Notes under the pieces: generated by a model
Database searches by the model: none
Seen by the model: the letters and a program-made list of their open reading frames with translations, nothing else
Told to the model about the DNA's origin: nothing
Translations under genes and position numbers: made by a program
Shown here: positions 1-9,859 of the stretch, piece after piece
Layout of the letters: every line of letters starts with the position of its first letter
Position numbering within the stretch: position 1 is the stretch's first letter
NCBI GenBank assembly: GCA_945833925.1
Contig: CAMAFX010000002.1
Span: 31,036-95,035 of the forward strand
Length of the DNA stretch: 64,000 bases
Origin: an uncultured Prevotellaceae bacterium
Lineage (GTDB): Bacteria; Bacteroidota; Bacteroidia; Bacteroidales; Bacteroidaceae
Direction of reading: 5' to 3'

Positions 1-654
1 GCGAACGTCCTCGACCTCGGCACCATTGTCCTTCACTGCGTCATACTCCATCCAGTCGCGTGTGTAGTAGCGCCTGAGTGTGTACGGACGGTCCTCGGAC
101 GGTCCGTCGGCTCCGTGCACGTAGCAACCGGGAAGGAAGGGTTCGTACTGTTCGCAGAAACCCTCGAGAGCCTTCAGTTCGCTTGCCACGTAGATGGTGC
201 CGTCGCTGTCGTGGCCGATGTAGAGAGGTATGACTCCAATGGGATCGCGTGCGATGAGAAAGTCGTTCTTTTCCTCGTCATAGAGGGCGAAGGCAAAGAT
301 GCCGTTCAGGTCCTCGAGGAAGTCGATGCCCTTGTCGCGGTATAGGGCGAGGATGCTCTCGCAGTCGCTTCCAGTCTTGAAGGCATAGTCCGTGCGGCGG
401 CGTATCTCCTTGTGGTTGTATATTTCACCATTAACACAGAGAATATGCTTGCCGTCGGGCGAGATGAGAGGCTGACCGCCACTCAGTGGGTCGACGATGC
501 TGAGACGCTCGTGACACAGGATGGCAGTCTTGCCTGCATAGATTCCGCTCCAGTCGGGTCCGCGATGGCGCAGTTTCTGCGACATCTTGAGCGCCTTGGT
601 GCGCAGTTCCGTGGTCTGTTCCTTTATGTTGAAGATTGCTACGATTCCGCACAT
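1..654 (-). CDS. asnB: asparagine synthase (glutamine-hydrolysing), N-terminal part; 3' end lies outside the window
   Basis: Minus-strand frame is open to the window edge, so it is absent from the ORF track. ATG at 654..652. Translation MCGIVAIFNIKEQTTELRTKALKMSQKLRHRGPDWSG...NGEIYNHKEIRRR has the Cys2 Ntn-amidotransferase start typical of AsnB. It lies 4 nt after the gltD stop. Confidence 0.85.
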   Translation of the reverse strand, partial: MCGIVAIFNIKEQTTELRTKALKMSQKLRHRGPDWSGIYAGKTAILCHERLSIVDPLSGGQPLISPDGKHILCVNGEIYNHKEIRRRTDYAFKTGSDCESILALYRDKGIDFLEDLNGIFAFALYDEEKNDFLIARDPIGVIPLYIGHDSDGTIYVASELKALEGFCEQYEPFLPGCYVHGADGPSEDRPYTLRRYYTRDWMEYDAVKDNGAEVEDVR

Positions 655-658
655 AGTG

Positions 659-1999
659 TTATTTCTTTAGGAAGTTATCAATTTGTTCGGCTGTCTTGCG
701 TCCGCTTGCAATAGCTCTCACAACGAGACTTGCACCTGAGGCAGCGTCGCCGCACACGAATACGTTTTCGGGATATTCGGGATGAGTGGGCTTGAGGAAA
801 CCCATAGCCAGGAAGACGATGTCTGCCTTGATAATCTCCTCTTCGCCAGCAGGCACCATGATGGGGCGACCGCCCTCTGGATTAGGCTTCCAGTCGATAG
901 GCTGTACGCGTACGCCGGTAAGCTTGCCCTTCTCGCCGATGAACTCCAGAGTGTTGATGTTCCAGCGTCGTGTGCAACCCTCCTCGTGGCTTGATGTGGT
1001 CTTGAGTATGACTGGCCAGTTGGGCCAAGGTGTGGCATCGTTGTGTCCGACAGGTGGCTGAGGCATGATCTCAATCTGAGTGACGCTCTTGCAACCCTGA
1101 CGGTGGCTCGTTCCGATACAGTCGCTGCCCGTGTCGCCACCACCGATGACTAAAACATTCTTACCCTGGGCAGTAACATGCTCGTCCTTGCCGAACTCCT
1201 GTCCGTCGAGCACGCGGTTCTGCTGGCTGAGCAGTTCGAGTGCCAGGTGAACGCCCTTGAGTTCGCGGCCCGGGATGTTGATGTCGCGAGCCTGCGGAGT
1301 ACCTGTAGAGATGACGTATGCGTCGTAGCCCTCGGGCAGAGCGTTGGTGTCGATGTTCTGGTTGTAGAGGAACTTGACTCCCTCCTGCTCCATGACATTG
1401 ATGCGACGGTCGATGATGTGCTTGTGCAGCTTGAAGTTAGGGATGCCATAGCGAAGGAGTCCGCCGGCAGCCTCGTTCTTGTCGTAGACGGTAACCTCGT
1501 AGCCGCGGTAGTTGAGCTGGTTGGCAGCAGCCAGTCCGGCAGGTCCGGCACCGATGACAGCCACCTTCTTGCCGTTGCGCTCGGGGTGCTCGATGGTGAC
1601 GTAGCCCTCAAGGAAGGCACGCTCGGCAATCGAGCATTCGTTCTCGCGGTTAGTCACTGCTTCGCCCATGCTGTGATAGAGCACGCATGCCTTCTCGCAC
1701 AGTGCAGGGCAGATGCGTCCTGTAAACTCGGGGAAGTCGTTGGTCTTCTTCAGTATCTTGTATGCAGCCTCCCAGTCGCCGCGGTAGAGTGCGTCGTTCC
1801 ATTCTGGGTTGCGGTTGCCCAGCGGGCATGCCCAGTGGCAGAAAGGTACGCCGCAGTCCATGCATCGGCTTGCCTGCTCCTGACGGTCGCGCGAGTTCAG
1901 AGTCTGCTCCACCTCGCCAAAGTCATGAATTCTCTCGTATATTGGTCTGTAACCTGCCTCTTTTCTGGGCACGGTCAGAAATGCTTTAGGATTTCCCAT
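659..1999 (-). CDS. gltD: glutamate synthase (NADPH) small subunit
   Basis: ORF 659..2038. The likely true start is the internal MGNPKAFLTVPRKEAGYRP at 1999, which removes the overlap with gltB. CxxC Fe-S cysteines (RCMDCGVPFCH) and the dinucleotide fold VAVIGAGPAGLAAA are present. Confidence 0.92.
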   Translation of the reverse strand: MGNPKAFLTVPRKEAGYRPIYERIHDFGEVEQTLNSRDRQEQASRCMDCGVPFCHWACPLGNRNPEWNDALYRGDWEAAYKILKKTNDFPEFTGRICPALCEKACVLYHSMGEAVTNRENECSIAERAFLEGYVTIEHPERNGKKVAVIGAGPAGLAAANQLNYRGYEVTVYDKNEAAGGLLRYGIPNFKLHKHIIDRRINVMEQEGVKFLYNQNIDTNALPEGYDAYVISTGTPQARDINIPGRELKGVHLALELLSQQNRVLDGQEFGKDEHVTAQGKNVLVIGGGDTGSDCIGTSHRQGCKSVTQIEIMPQPPVGHNDATPWPNWPVILKTTSSHEEGCTRRWNINTLEFIGEKGKLTGVRVQPIDWKPNPEGGRPIMVPAGEEEIIKADIVFLAMGFLKPTHPEYPENVFVCGDAASGASLVVRAIASGRKTAEQIDNFLKK

Positions 2000-2012
2000 C
2001 GTTGATGTCTGT

Positions 2013-5000
2013 TTAATAGTCTCTTTGCATGTCTGCAATCTTCTGCTGCAGTTTCTTCACCTTCTCCTCTTCCAGTACTCGCTTGTACTCGATAGGTACA
2101 ACCTGGATGAACTCCTCGACGTAGCGGTTCCAGTCGTCGAGCATACGGCCTGCCAGTGCAGAACCGGTGTAGAGATAATGCTTGCGCACGAGTTCCTTGA
2201 GTTCCTTGCGGTAGCTTGTCTCCTCGACGAGATTGATTTCCACCATGTCCATGTTACAGAAGTAGTCGAAGTTGTGGTTCTTGTCCCAGACGTAAGCCAC
2301 ACCGCCGCTCATACCGGCAGCGAAGTTGCGTCCAGTCTCGCCAAGTACCACCACGCGTCCGCCTGTCATATACTCGCAGCAGTGGTCGCCGGCACCCTCG
2401 ATGACGGCAATGGCACCCGAGTTACGCACGGCGAAGCGCTCGCCTACGCGTCCGTTGACATAGAGCTCACCGGTTGTGGCTCCGTAGAGACCCGTGTTTC
2501 CGGCGATGATGTTGTCCTCGGCAACGAAGTCGGCATCGGTGCGTGTAGGAGGCATGATCATGATGCGTCCGCCACTCAGTCCCTTGCCGAAGTAGTCGTT
2601 CGTCTCGCCCTCCAGTTTCAGGCTCACGCCCTTCACGGCGAAGGCTCCGAAGCTCTGACCTGCCGAACCCTTGAACTTGATGTTGATGGTGCCGTCGGGC
2701 AGTCCCTTCTCGCCATACTTCTTGGCGATGACACCGCTCAGCATAGTGCCGATAGCACGGTCGGTGTTCTTGACAGCGTAGTCGAGATTAACCTCGTCGC
2801 CATTCTCGATGGCAGGCTCGCATGCCTTGATGATATCTTCGTCCTTGACGGTTGCCACCTTGCTGAACTCGCTTCCGTCCCAGCAGAGTGAAGAGTCGCT
2901 CTCGCCAGTCTTCTGGAGCAGACGGCTGAAGTCGATGGTGCTGTGCTTCGTGCCTGGGGTGGTGGCTGCTGTCTCGATGTATTCTGTGTGTCCGATGATG
3001 TCGGAGAGACTCTTCACGCCGATCTCGCTCAGGTACTCTCTAACCTGCTGTGCAAGGAAGGTGAAGTAGTTGACAACATACTCGGCGCGTCCCATGAAGT
3101 GCTTGCGCAGGCGTTCGTCCTGAGTAGCCACACCCACGGGGCAGGTGTTGGTGTTGCACTTACGCATCATCACACAGCCAAGCACGATGAGTGGCAGCGT
3201 ACCGAAACTGAACTCGTCGGCACCGAGCATAGCCATGATGATGACGTCCTTGGCAGTCTTCAACTGACCGTCGGTCTGCAGGCGCACCTTCTGGCGCAGT
3301 CCGTTGAGTACCAGGGTCTGCTGAGTCTCGGCAAGTCCGATCTCGGGACTGATGCCGGCAAAGCGCATTGAACTGGCAGGGCTGGCACCGGTACCACCTT
3401 CGGCACCACTGATGACGATGAGGTCTGCCTTAGCCTTGGCAACACCGGCGGCAACGGTTCCGACACCGCTCTCGGCAACGAGTTTCACGCTCACTGCGGC
3501 TGTTGGGTTGATATTCTTCAGGTCGAAGATGAGCTGTGCAAGGTCCTCGATACTGTAGATGTCGTGATGAGGTGGAGGAGAGATGAGCGAGATGCCAGGG
3601 ATGGCGTTACGTGTCTTGGCAATGACCTCGTTGACCTTGAAGCCAGGCAACTGTCCACCTTCACCGGGTTTCGCACCCTGTGCCACCTTAATCTGTATCT
3701 CCTCGGCGTTGACAAGGTATTCTGCAGTCACACCAAAGCGTCCGCTGGCAATCTGCTTTGTCTTGCTCGACAGCGATACGCCGTCCACCTCGGTATGGTA
3801 GCGTGCGTTGTCCTCGCCGCCCTCGCCGGTGTTGCTTCGTGCTCCGAGCTTGTTCATGGCAAGAGCCAGTGCCTCGTGAGCCTCGATGCTCAGTGCACCG
3901 AACGACATGGCACCAGTAACGAAGTGCTTTACGATGCTTTCTACAGGCTCTACCTCCTCCAGAGGAGTTGGTGTGGCAGCCTTCTTGAAGCTGAAGAAGT
4001 CGCGGATGAAGATAGGCTTCTCCTTCTGGTCGACGATGCGCTCCCAGTCCTGGTATTTCTTGTAAGAGCCGACACGTGTAGCAATTTGGAGCTGCGAGAT
4101 AGTCTCGGGGTTCCATGCGTGCAGGATGCCATCCTTGCGGAAGTTGAACTGTCCGTTGTTGGGCAGGAACTCGTTAATCTCCTGTGGCTTGAATGCCTCG
4201 TGGTGCAACTTGATGGCGTCGTCGGCAATCTCGCGAAGTCCGATACCACCGATGGTAGACACCTCTGTGCCGAAGTAGCGGCGCAGCAGGTCCTCGCTCA
4301 GACCGATGCTCTCGAATATCTTGGCACCGCGGTAAGAGCGGATGGTGCTGATACCCATCTTCGACATAATCTTCTTCAAACCCTTGTCGACAGCCTTGAT
4401 GTAGTTCTTCTCTGCTGTAGCATATTCCTCCTGAATCTTGTGCTTCTTTACGAGGTCGTCCAGAACGGCAAATGTCATGTAAGGACAGATGGCGCTGGCT
4501 CCGTAGCCAAGAAGCAGTGCAGCGTGCATCACCTCGCGAATCTCGCCACTCTCGACGATGAGGGCGGTCTGGACGCGCTTCTGAACCTGGATGAGGTAGT
4601 GGTGGACGGCGCTTACTGCCAGCAGCGATGGGATGGCTGCATGCTTGTCGTCAATGTCGCGGTCGCTCAGGATGATGTAGTTCACTCCCTCGTCGACGCT
4701 CTGCTCTGCCTTCTTGCAGAGGTCCTCGATAGCCTGGCGCATGCCGCTCGCACCCTTCTCGACGTCGAACACGATAGGCAGCTTGATGGTGCTGAATCCC
4801 TTGTAGCGGATGTTGCAGAGGATGTCGAGCTGAGTGTTGGTAAGTATAGGCTGTGGCAGACGTACCATCTTGCAGTTGCTCTCGTCGGGTGTCAGGATGC
4901 CGCTGCCCACACGACCGATGTACTCGGTGAGCGACATGACAAGTTCCTCTCGGATTGGGTCGATGGCAGGGTTGGTGACCTGCGCAAACTGCTGACGGAA

Positions 5001-6503
5001 GTAGTTGAAGAAAATCTGTGGCTTGTCGCTGATTACTGCCAGAGGAGTGTCGTTACCCATGGCTGCCACTGGCTCCTGACCGGTGGTACACATCGGTACG
5101 ACAGTCTTGTCGATGTCCTCCTGACCGAAACCGAAACTGCGCAACTTACGCTCGTAGTTGCTGACGCTGTTCTCCACCTTGCGGCCGCTGTGCAGTTTCT
5201 CCAACTCGATACGGTTGGTGCTCAGCCACTCGCGGTATGGGTGCTGGCTGCTCAACTGCTTCTTTATCTCGCCGTCATAGTATATCTTGCCTTCCTGGGT
5301 GTCGATAAGCAGAATCTTACCGGGCTGCAGACGACCCTTGCTGACAATATCCTGAGGGTCGAAGTCCATGACACCGACCTCACTTGCCACTACCATCATG
5401 CCGCTCTTGGTGATGGTGTAGCGCGATGGACGCAGACCGTTACGGTCGAGCATACCACCGGCAAAGCGGCCGTCGCTGAACATCAGCGCAGCAGGACCGT
5501 CCCATGGCTCCATCAGGATGGAATAGTATTCGTAGAATGCCTTCAGGTCTTCGCTGATGGGATTCTTGTCGTTGAAACTCTCGGGAACGAGGATCGCCAT
5601 AGCCTGAGGCAGCGACATGCCGCTCATAACCAGAAACTCGAACACATTGTCGAGGCTGGCAGAGTCGCTCATCTCGTTCTGCAGGATGGGGCGTATGTCC
5701 CTGATGTCGCCAAGGGCTGGCGACGAGAGTACGCTCTCGCGTGCCTGCATCCAGCCACGGTTACCGCGCACGGTGTTTATCTCACCGTTGTGGCAGAGGT
5801 AGCGGAAAGGCTGTGCCAGTTTCCACTTGGGGAAGGTGTTGGTGCTGAAACGTGAGTGCACCAGTGCCAGACCGCTGGTCAGGTAGTTGTTTGTCAGGTC
5901 GGGGAAGTAGCGGCGCAACTGTCCGCTGGTGAGCATACCTTTATATATAATAGACTTGCTGGACAGGGAACAGATGTAGAAGTCCTCGTCCTCAATGCGG
6001 TTCTCAATCTTCTTGCGCACCTTGTAGAGCACGGTCTCGAGATTCTCGACCTGTGCAGGCGCAGTGACAAAGAGTTGGCGAATGTCGGGCTCAACATCGC
6101 GAGCGGCACCTCCGAGCACCTCGGGGCATGTCGGTACGACGCGCATGTGCATAAGGTTGAGTCCCTCGCGCTCAATCTCTTCTATCATTATAGACAATAT
6201 GCTCTTCTGGCGCTTCTCGTCCTTGGGGAGGAACACCAGACCGGTACCGTATCTGCCCTTCTCGGGTACGGGGATACCTTGAAGCAAAATAAACTCGTGT
6301 GGGATTTGTAGTAAGATACCTGCACCGTCGCCAGTCTTGTCGGGTGTCTCGGCACCACGATGCTCCATGTTCTCGAGCACGCGCAGAGCGTTGTCGACCA
6401 GGTCGTGACTCTTTCCACCATGAATATTAACCACCATACCTACACCGCAGGCATCGTGCTCGTTTGTGGCATTGTACAGGCCAATTCTTTTGGGTTGTTT
6501 CAT
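2013..6503 (-). CDS. gltB: glutamate synthase large subunit
   Basis: 1496-aa ORF. The N-terminal amidotransferase motif ...EHDACGVGMVVN, a FMN/Fe-S central domain and a C-terminal GXGXG-type domain (GNTGLYGATTGELYVNG) are present. Confidence 0.95.
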   Translation of the reverse strand: MKQPKRIGLYNATNEHDACGVGMVVNIHGGKSHDLVDNALRVLENMEHRGAETPDKTGDGAGILLQIPHEFILLQGIPVPEKGRYGTGLVFLPKDEKRQKSILSIMIEEIEREGLNLMHMRVVPTCPEVLGGAARDVEPDIRQLFVTAPAQVENLETVLYKVRKKIENRIEDEDFYICSLSSKSIIYKGMLTSGQLRRYFPDLTNNYLTSGLALVHSRFSTNTFPKWKLAQPFRYLCHNGEINTVRGNRGWMQARESVLSSPALGDIRDIRPILQNEMSDSASLDNVFEFLVMSGMSLPQAMAILVPESFNDKNPISEDLKAFYEYYSILMEPWDGPAALMFSDGRFAGGMLDRNGLRPSRYTITKSGMMVVASEVGVMDFDPQDIVSKGRLQPGKILLIDTQEGKIYYDGEIKKQLSSQHPYREWLSTNRIELEKLHSGRKVENSVSNYERKLRSFGFGQEDIDKTVVPMCTTGQEPVAAMGNDTPLAVISDKPQIFFNYFRQQFAQVTNPAIDPIREELVMSLTEYIGRVGSGILTPDESNCKMVRLPQPILTNTQLDILCNIRYKGFSTIKLPIVFDVEKGASGMRQAIEDLCKKAEQSVDEGVNYIILSDRDIDDKHAAIPSLLAVSAVHHYLIQVQKRVQTALIVESGEIREVMHAALLLGYGASAICPYMTFAVLDDLVKKHKIQEEYATAEKNYIKAVDKGLKKIMSKMGISTIRSYRGAKIFESIGLSEDLLRRYFGTEVSTIGGIGLREIADDAIKLHHEAFKPQEINEFLPNNGQFNFRKDGILHAWNPETISQLQIATRVGSYKKYQDWERIVDQKEKPIFIRDFFSFKKAATPTPLEEVEPVESIVKHFVTGAMSFGALSIEAHEALALAMNKLGARSNTGEGGEDNARYHTEVDGVSLSSKTKQIASGRFGVTAEYLVNAEEIQIKVAQGAKPGEGGQLPGFKVNEVIAKTRNAIPGISLISPPPHHDIYSIEDLAQLIFDLKNINPTAAVSVKLVAESGVGTVAAGVAKAKADLIVISGAEGGTGASPASSMRFAGISPEIGLAETQQTLVLNGLRQKVRLQTDGQLKTAKDVIIMAMLGADEFSFGTLPLIVLGCVMMRKCNTNTCPVGVATQDERLRKHFMGRAEYVVNYFTFLAQQVREYLSEIGVKSLSDIIGHTEYIETAATTPGTKHSTIDFSRLLQKTGESDSSLCWDGSEFSKVATVKDEDIIKACEPAIENGDEVNLDYAVKNTDRAIGTMLSGVIAKKYGEKGLPDGTINIKFKGSAGQSFGAFAVKGVSLKLEGETNDYFGKGLSGGRIMIMPPTRTDADFVAEDNIIAGNTGLYGATTGELYVNGRVGERFAVRNSGAIAVIEGAGDHCCEYMTGGRVVVLGETGRNFAAGMSGGVAYVWDKNHNFDYFCNMDMVEINLVEETSYRKELKELVRKHYLYTGSALAGRMLDDWNRYVEEFIQVVPIEYKRVLEEEKVKKLQQKIADMQRDY

Positions 6504-6590
6504 AACTTTCCGTATTATAGTCCAAACTTCTTCTCTCTTCTCCCGATGGTGGAAGATGAGAGGAGAAGAAGTTTGGTCTGTTATGTTTGT

Positions 6591-6628
6591 GGGCGCCGGC
6601 GCTGCTCTCTCGCAGCCTGCCGGCTCCC
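6591..6628 (-). terminator. GC-rich imperfect hairpin just after the glnN stop
   Basis: GGGCGCCGGCGCTGC ... GCAGCCTGCCGGCTCCC, with one mismatch and a 2-nt bulge. It starts 23 nt downstream of the glnN stop on the minus strand. No T-run follows. Confidence 0.45.
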
Positions 6629-6650
6629 ATTGTTAAAATCAAATGTTTTC

Positions 6651-8843
6651 TTATCTGATGAATAGCATCTCACGATACTTTGGCAATGGCCACATCTCGT
6701 CGTCAACGATCAACTCGAGTTTGTCAACGTGGTAGCGAATCTCCTCGAGGAGAGGTGCCACGGTGTCGTGGTATGCAACTGCCTTCTCGCGCTCGCTGCC
6801 GAGTGCGTTGGCAGACTTGCGTGCCTGGCGCATCTTCTCGACGTTCTCGGTGATGAAGGTGCTGTGCTCCGAAATCTGCTCGATGAGCTTCAGGTTGTTG
6901 GCGTTCAGCTTGGCAGCGGTGTCCTCGGGGAATGTCTCCTTAACCTTGAACACGTTGTCGATGAGCGAACTCTGGTAGCGTGTGGCAACCGGGATGATGT
7001 GGTTGAGGCAGAGGTCGCCGAAGATGCGTGCCTCAATCTGTATCTTCTTTGTATATGTCTCGAGCTTGATCTCGTTGCGAGCGTGAAGTTCTGCCTCGGT
7101 CAGCACGTTCATCTTGGCGAACATCTCCTTTGTTGCAGGAGCAAGGTACTGGTCGAGCATGATTGGTGCGCTACTTTCTACGTCCAGACCGCGTGCTGCA
7201 GCCTCTCTCTTCCACTCGTCGCTGTAGCCGTTGCCGTCGAAGTGGATTGGCTTGCAGGTCTTGATGTCCTCGCGAACGGTCTTGAGGATAGCCTTCATCT
7301 TGTCCATACCGCCCTCGATGAGTGCGTCTACGCGAACCTTGAAGTCTGACAATGCCTCTGCAACGGCTGTGTTCAGCACAATCATGGCTGCAGCGCAGTT
7401 TGCCTGGCTACCCACGGCGCGGAACTCGAAGCGGTTGCCGGTGAAGGCGAACGGAGAGGTACGGTTACGGTCGGTATTGTCGAGCAACAACTCAGGAATC
7501 TGAGGAATGTCGAGGCTGAGGGCTTGCTTGCCGACGATGTTGAAGAGTTCGTCGTCGTCGCTCTCCTCGAGCTTCTCCAGAAGGTCGTTCAACTGAGTAC
7601 CGAGGAAACTTGAGATGATTGCTGGCGGTGCCTCGTTGGCACCAAGACGGTGAGCGTTGGTGGCACTGATGATAGATGCCTTGAGCAGACCGTTGTGGCG
7701 GTAGACACCCATGAGGGTCTCAACGATGAAGGTAACGAAGCGCAGGTTGTCGAGTGGCGTCTTGCCGGGACCGTGAAGGAGCACGCCTGTGTTGGTAGAG
7801 AGACTCCAGTTGTTGTGCTTGCCCGAACCGTTGACGCCGGCGAATGGCTTCTCGTGCAAGAGACAACGGAAACCGTGCTTGCGTGCAATGTTCTTCATCA
7901 GACCCATAATGAGCATGTTATGGTCGACAGCCAGGTTGGTCTCCTCGAAGATAGGAGCCAGCTCGAACTGGTTGGGTGCTACCTCGTTGTGACGTGTCTT
8001 GCAGGGGATGCCAAGTTCGAGGGCCTGTATCTCGAGGTCCTTCATGAACATAGCCACACGCATTGGGATAGAACCGAAGTAGTGGTCGTCCATCTGCTGG
8101 TTCTTTGCCGAGTCGTGACCCATCAGGGTGCGGCCCGTCATCAGAAGGTCGGGACGTGCAGCATAGAGGCTCTCGTCTACGAGGAAATACTCCTGCTCCC
8201 AGCCGAGGTTGCTGACAACCTTTGTCACGTCGGGATAGAAATACTGGCACACCGCTGTTGCTGCCCTGTCGACAGCCTTCAAGGCTTTCTTCAGAGGAGC
8301 CTTGTAGTCGAGTGCCTCGCCAGTGTATGATATGAATACGGTTGGGATGTGAAGTGTGTCACCGATGACGAAGACAGGGCTTGCAGGATCCCATGCAGAG
8401 TAGCCGCGTGCCTCGAAGGTAGAGCGGATACCGCCACTCGGGAACGAACTGGCATCTGGCTCCTGCTGAACGAGCTGTTTGCCGGTGAACTCCTCAACCA
8501 TGCCACCCTTCCAGTCGTGCTCAACAAAGCCGTCGTGCTTCTCGGCAGTACCCTCAGTAAGAGGCTGGAACCAGTGTGTGCAGTGTGTAGCACCGAGTTC
8601 CATAGCCCACTTCTTCATACCCTCAGCCACTGCATCAGCAGTTGCAAGGTCGAGCTTGGTACCATTGTCGATGACGTCGCACATCTTGGCATAAACCTTC
8701 GAAGGAAGGTACTTGAACATCTTCTGGCGATTGAAGACATATTTAGCAAAATACTCACTTGGTCGTGCTTCATGGTTTGGAATCTCTACGGGCTTCTTCT
8801 TGAAAGCCTCGCCTACAACTTGAAATCGTAACGATGCTGACAT
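6651..8843 (-). CDS. glnN: glutamine synthetase, type III
   Basis: 730-aa ORF, the size and sequence style of Bacteroides-type GSIII (…NGSGKHNNWSL…, …HRLGANEAPPAIIS…). Confidence 0.9.
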   Translation of the reverse strand: MSASLRFQVVGEAFKKKPVEIPNHEARPSEYFAKYVFNRQKMFKYLPSKVYAKMCDVIDNGTKLDLATADAVAEGMKKWAMELGATHCTHWFQPLTEGTAEKHDGFVEHDWKGGMVEEFTGKQLVQQEPDASSFPSGGIRSTFEARGYSAWDPASPVFVIGDTLHIPTVFISYTGEALDYKAPLKKALKAVDRAATAVCQYFYPDVTKVVSNLGWEQEYFLVDESLYAARPDLLMTGRTLMGHDSAKNQQMDDHYFGSIPMRVAMFMKDLEIQALELGIPCKTRHNEVAPNQFELAPIFEETNLAVDHNMLIMGLMKNIARKHGFRCLLHEKPFAGVNGSGKHNNWSLSTNTGVLLHGPGKTPLDNLRFVTFIVETLMGVYRHNGLLKASIISATNAHRLGANEAPPAIISSFLGTQLNDLLEKLEESDDDELFNIVGKQALSLDIPQIPELLLDNTDRNRTSPFAFTGNRFEFRAVGSQANCAAAMIVLNTAVAEALSDFKVRVDALIEGGMDKMKAILKTVREDIKTCKPIHFDGNGYSDEWKREAAARGLDVESSAPIMLDQYLAPATKEMFAKMNVLTEAELHARNEIKLETYTKKIQIEARIFGDLCLNHIIPVATRYQSSLIDNVFKVKETFPEDTAAKLNANNLKLIEQISEHSTFITENVEKMRQARKSANALGSEREKAVAYHDTVAPLLEEIRYHVDKLELIVDDEMWPLPKYREMLFIR

Positions 8844-8880
8844 AATGCTTTTGATTAAAAGATGTGAATGAATATAAGAT

Positions 8881-9678
8881 TTATTGTTCTATTTCAACTT
8901 CGCCCTCGAAGGCAGTCTCTGCCGGACCGGTCATCATAACCGGACCGTCGCCTTCCTTCCACTCGATGTGAAGCGTGCCGCCGTCCATCTCGATGTTGCT
9001 GCTTCTGCCACGTCGGCCTGTGTATGCCGCCGCCACTGCCGTTGCACATGCTCCGGTGCCGCATGCCAGGGTGATGCCGCTGCCACGCTCCCATACTCTC
9101 ATTCTGATGGTGCCGTCGGGCATTACGGTGGCAAACTCGATGTTGCATCGGTTGGGGAACGCTTCGTCAAACTCCAGTGCCTTGCCCTCTGTAGCCACGT
9201 CGATGCTCATCACGTCGGGCACGAAGATGACAAAGTGGGGGTTTCCCATGCTGACGTATGTTCCGTCCCATCCGGCAACGGTGCGGTTCTCGATGTCTCT
9301 CGGAGCACCCATGTTGACCGTGGCACCTGTGCACTTGCCGTCCTCCAGTTTCAGGTCAATCTGTTTGATTCCTGACAAAGTGTCAATTGCAACACGTGTC
9401 TTGGTGGTCAGTTTGTGGTCCCACACGTATTTGGCAACACAACGTATTCCGTTGCCGCACATCAGTGCCTCGCTGCCGTCGTTGTTGAAGATATGCATCT
9501 GAAAATCAGCCACGTCGCTCTTACTGATGAGTATCAGACCATCGCTTCCGATAGCAAAATGTGGTCGGCTCAGCTTGATGCTGACTGCCGAAGGGTCTGC
9601 TATCATATTGTCGGGAGTATACACGTAAATGTAGTCGTTACCCGCGCCGTGCATCTTTGTAAAGTGTACTTTTGTCAT
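8881..9678 (-). CDS. dapF: diaminopimelate epimerase
   Basis: 265 aa. N-terminus MTKVHFTKMHGAGNDYIYV and two catalytic-Cys regions (MCGNGIRC, LACGTGACA). Confidence 0.92.
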   Translation of the reverse strand: MTKVHFTKMHGAGNDYIYVYTPDNMIADPSAVSIKLSRPHFAIGSDGLILISKSDVADFQMHIFNNDGSEALMCGNGIRCVAKYVWDHKLTTKTRVAIDTLSGIKQIDLKLEDGKCTGATVNMGAPRDIENRTVAGWDGTYVSMGNPHFVIFVPDVMSIDVATEGKALEFDEAFPNRCNIEFATVMPDGTIRMRVWERGSGITLACGTGACATAVAAAYTGRRGRSSNIEMDGGTLHIEWKEGDGPVMMTGPAETAFEGEVEIEQ

Positions 9679-9824
9679 CTATTTTACCTCAATCGCTATC
9701 AATATGATACTTTTTGTGCTGCAAAAGTACGTTAAAAGATTTATCCGTGCAAGAAAAAAGTAGAAAAAAGTAACCAAAAGATAAAAAATAAGTGATTATT
9801 TGTTATTATATAAGAAATATGTTG

Positions 9825-9832
9825 TACTTTTG
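9825..9832 (+). promoter_or_regulatory. -7 promoter box TACTTTTG for the purF-like/pyrG/carAB gene string
   Basis: It lies 27 nt upstream of the ATG at 9860. A mirror-image TACTTTTG on the minus strand (9722-9729) lies 44 nt upstream of dapF. Confidence 0.45.
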
Positions 9833-9859
9833 TAAAGCAAAAACGAAAAAAGATAAGAA

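Noticed and set aside
3564-5855. 763-aa plus-strand ORF inside gltB. Similar long antisense ORFs: 13374-15377, 15486-17033, 10520-11563, 11742-13277, 26140-28377, 29846-30871, 33958-34998, 39862-41385, 44684-46534, 48805-50130, 52130-53134, 55005-56498, 57576-58424, 60156-60956.
   Set aside because: Each lies entirely opposite a longer ORF with clear family motifs. Their translations are low-complexity (V/A/L/H/G/R-rich) with no recognisable motifs. Such shadow ORFs are expected on the antisense strand of GC3-rich genes.
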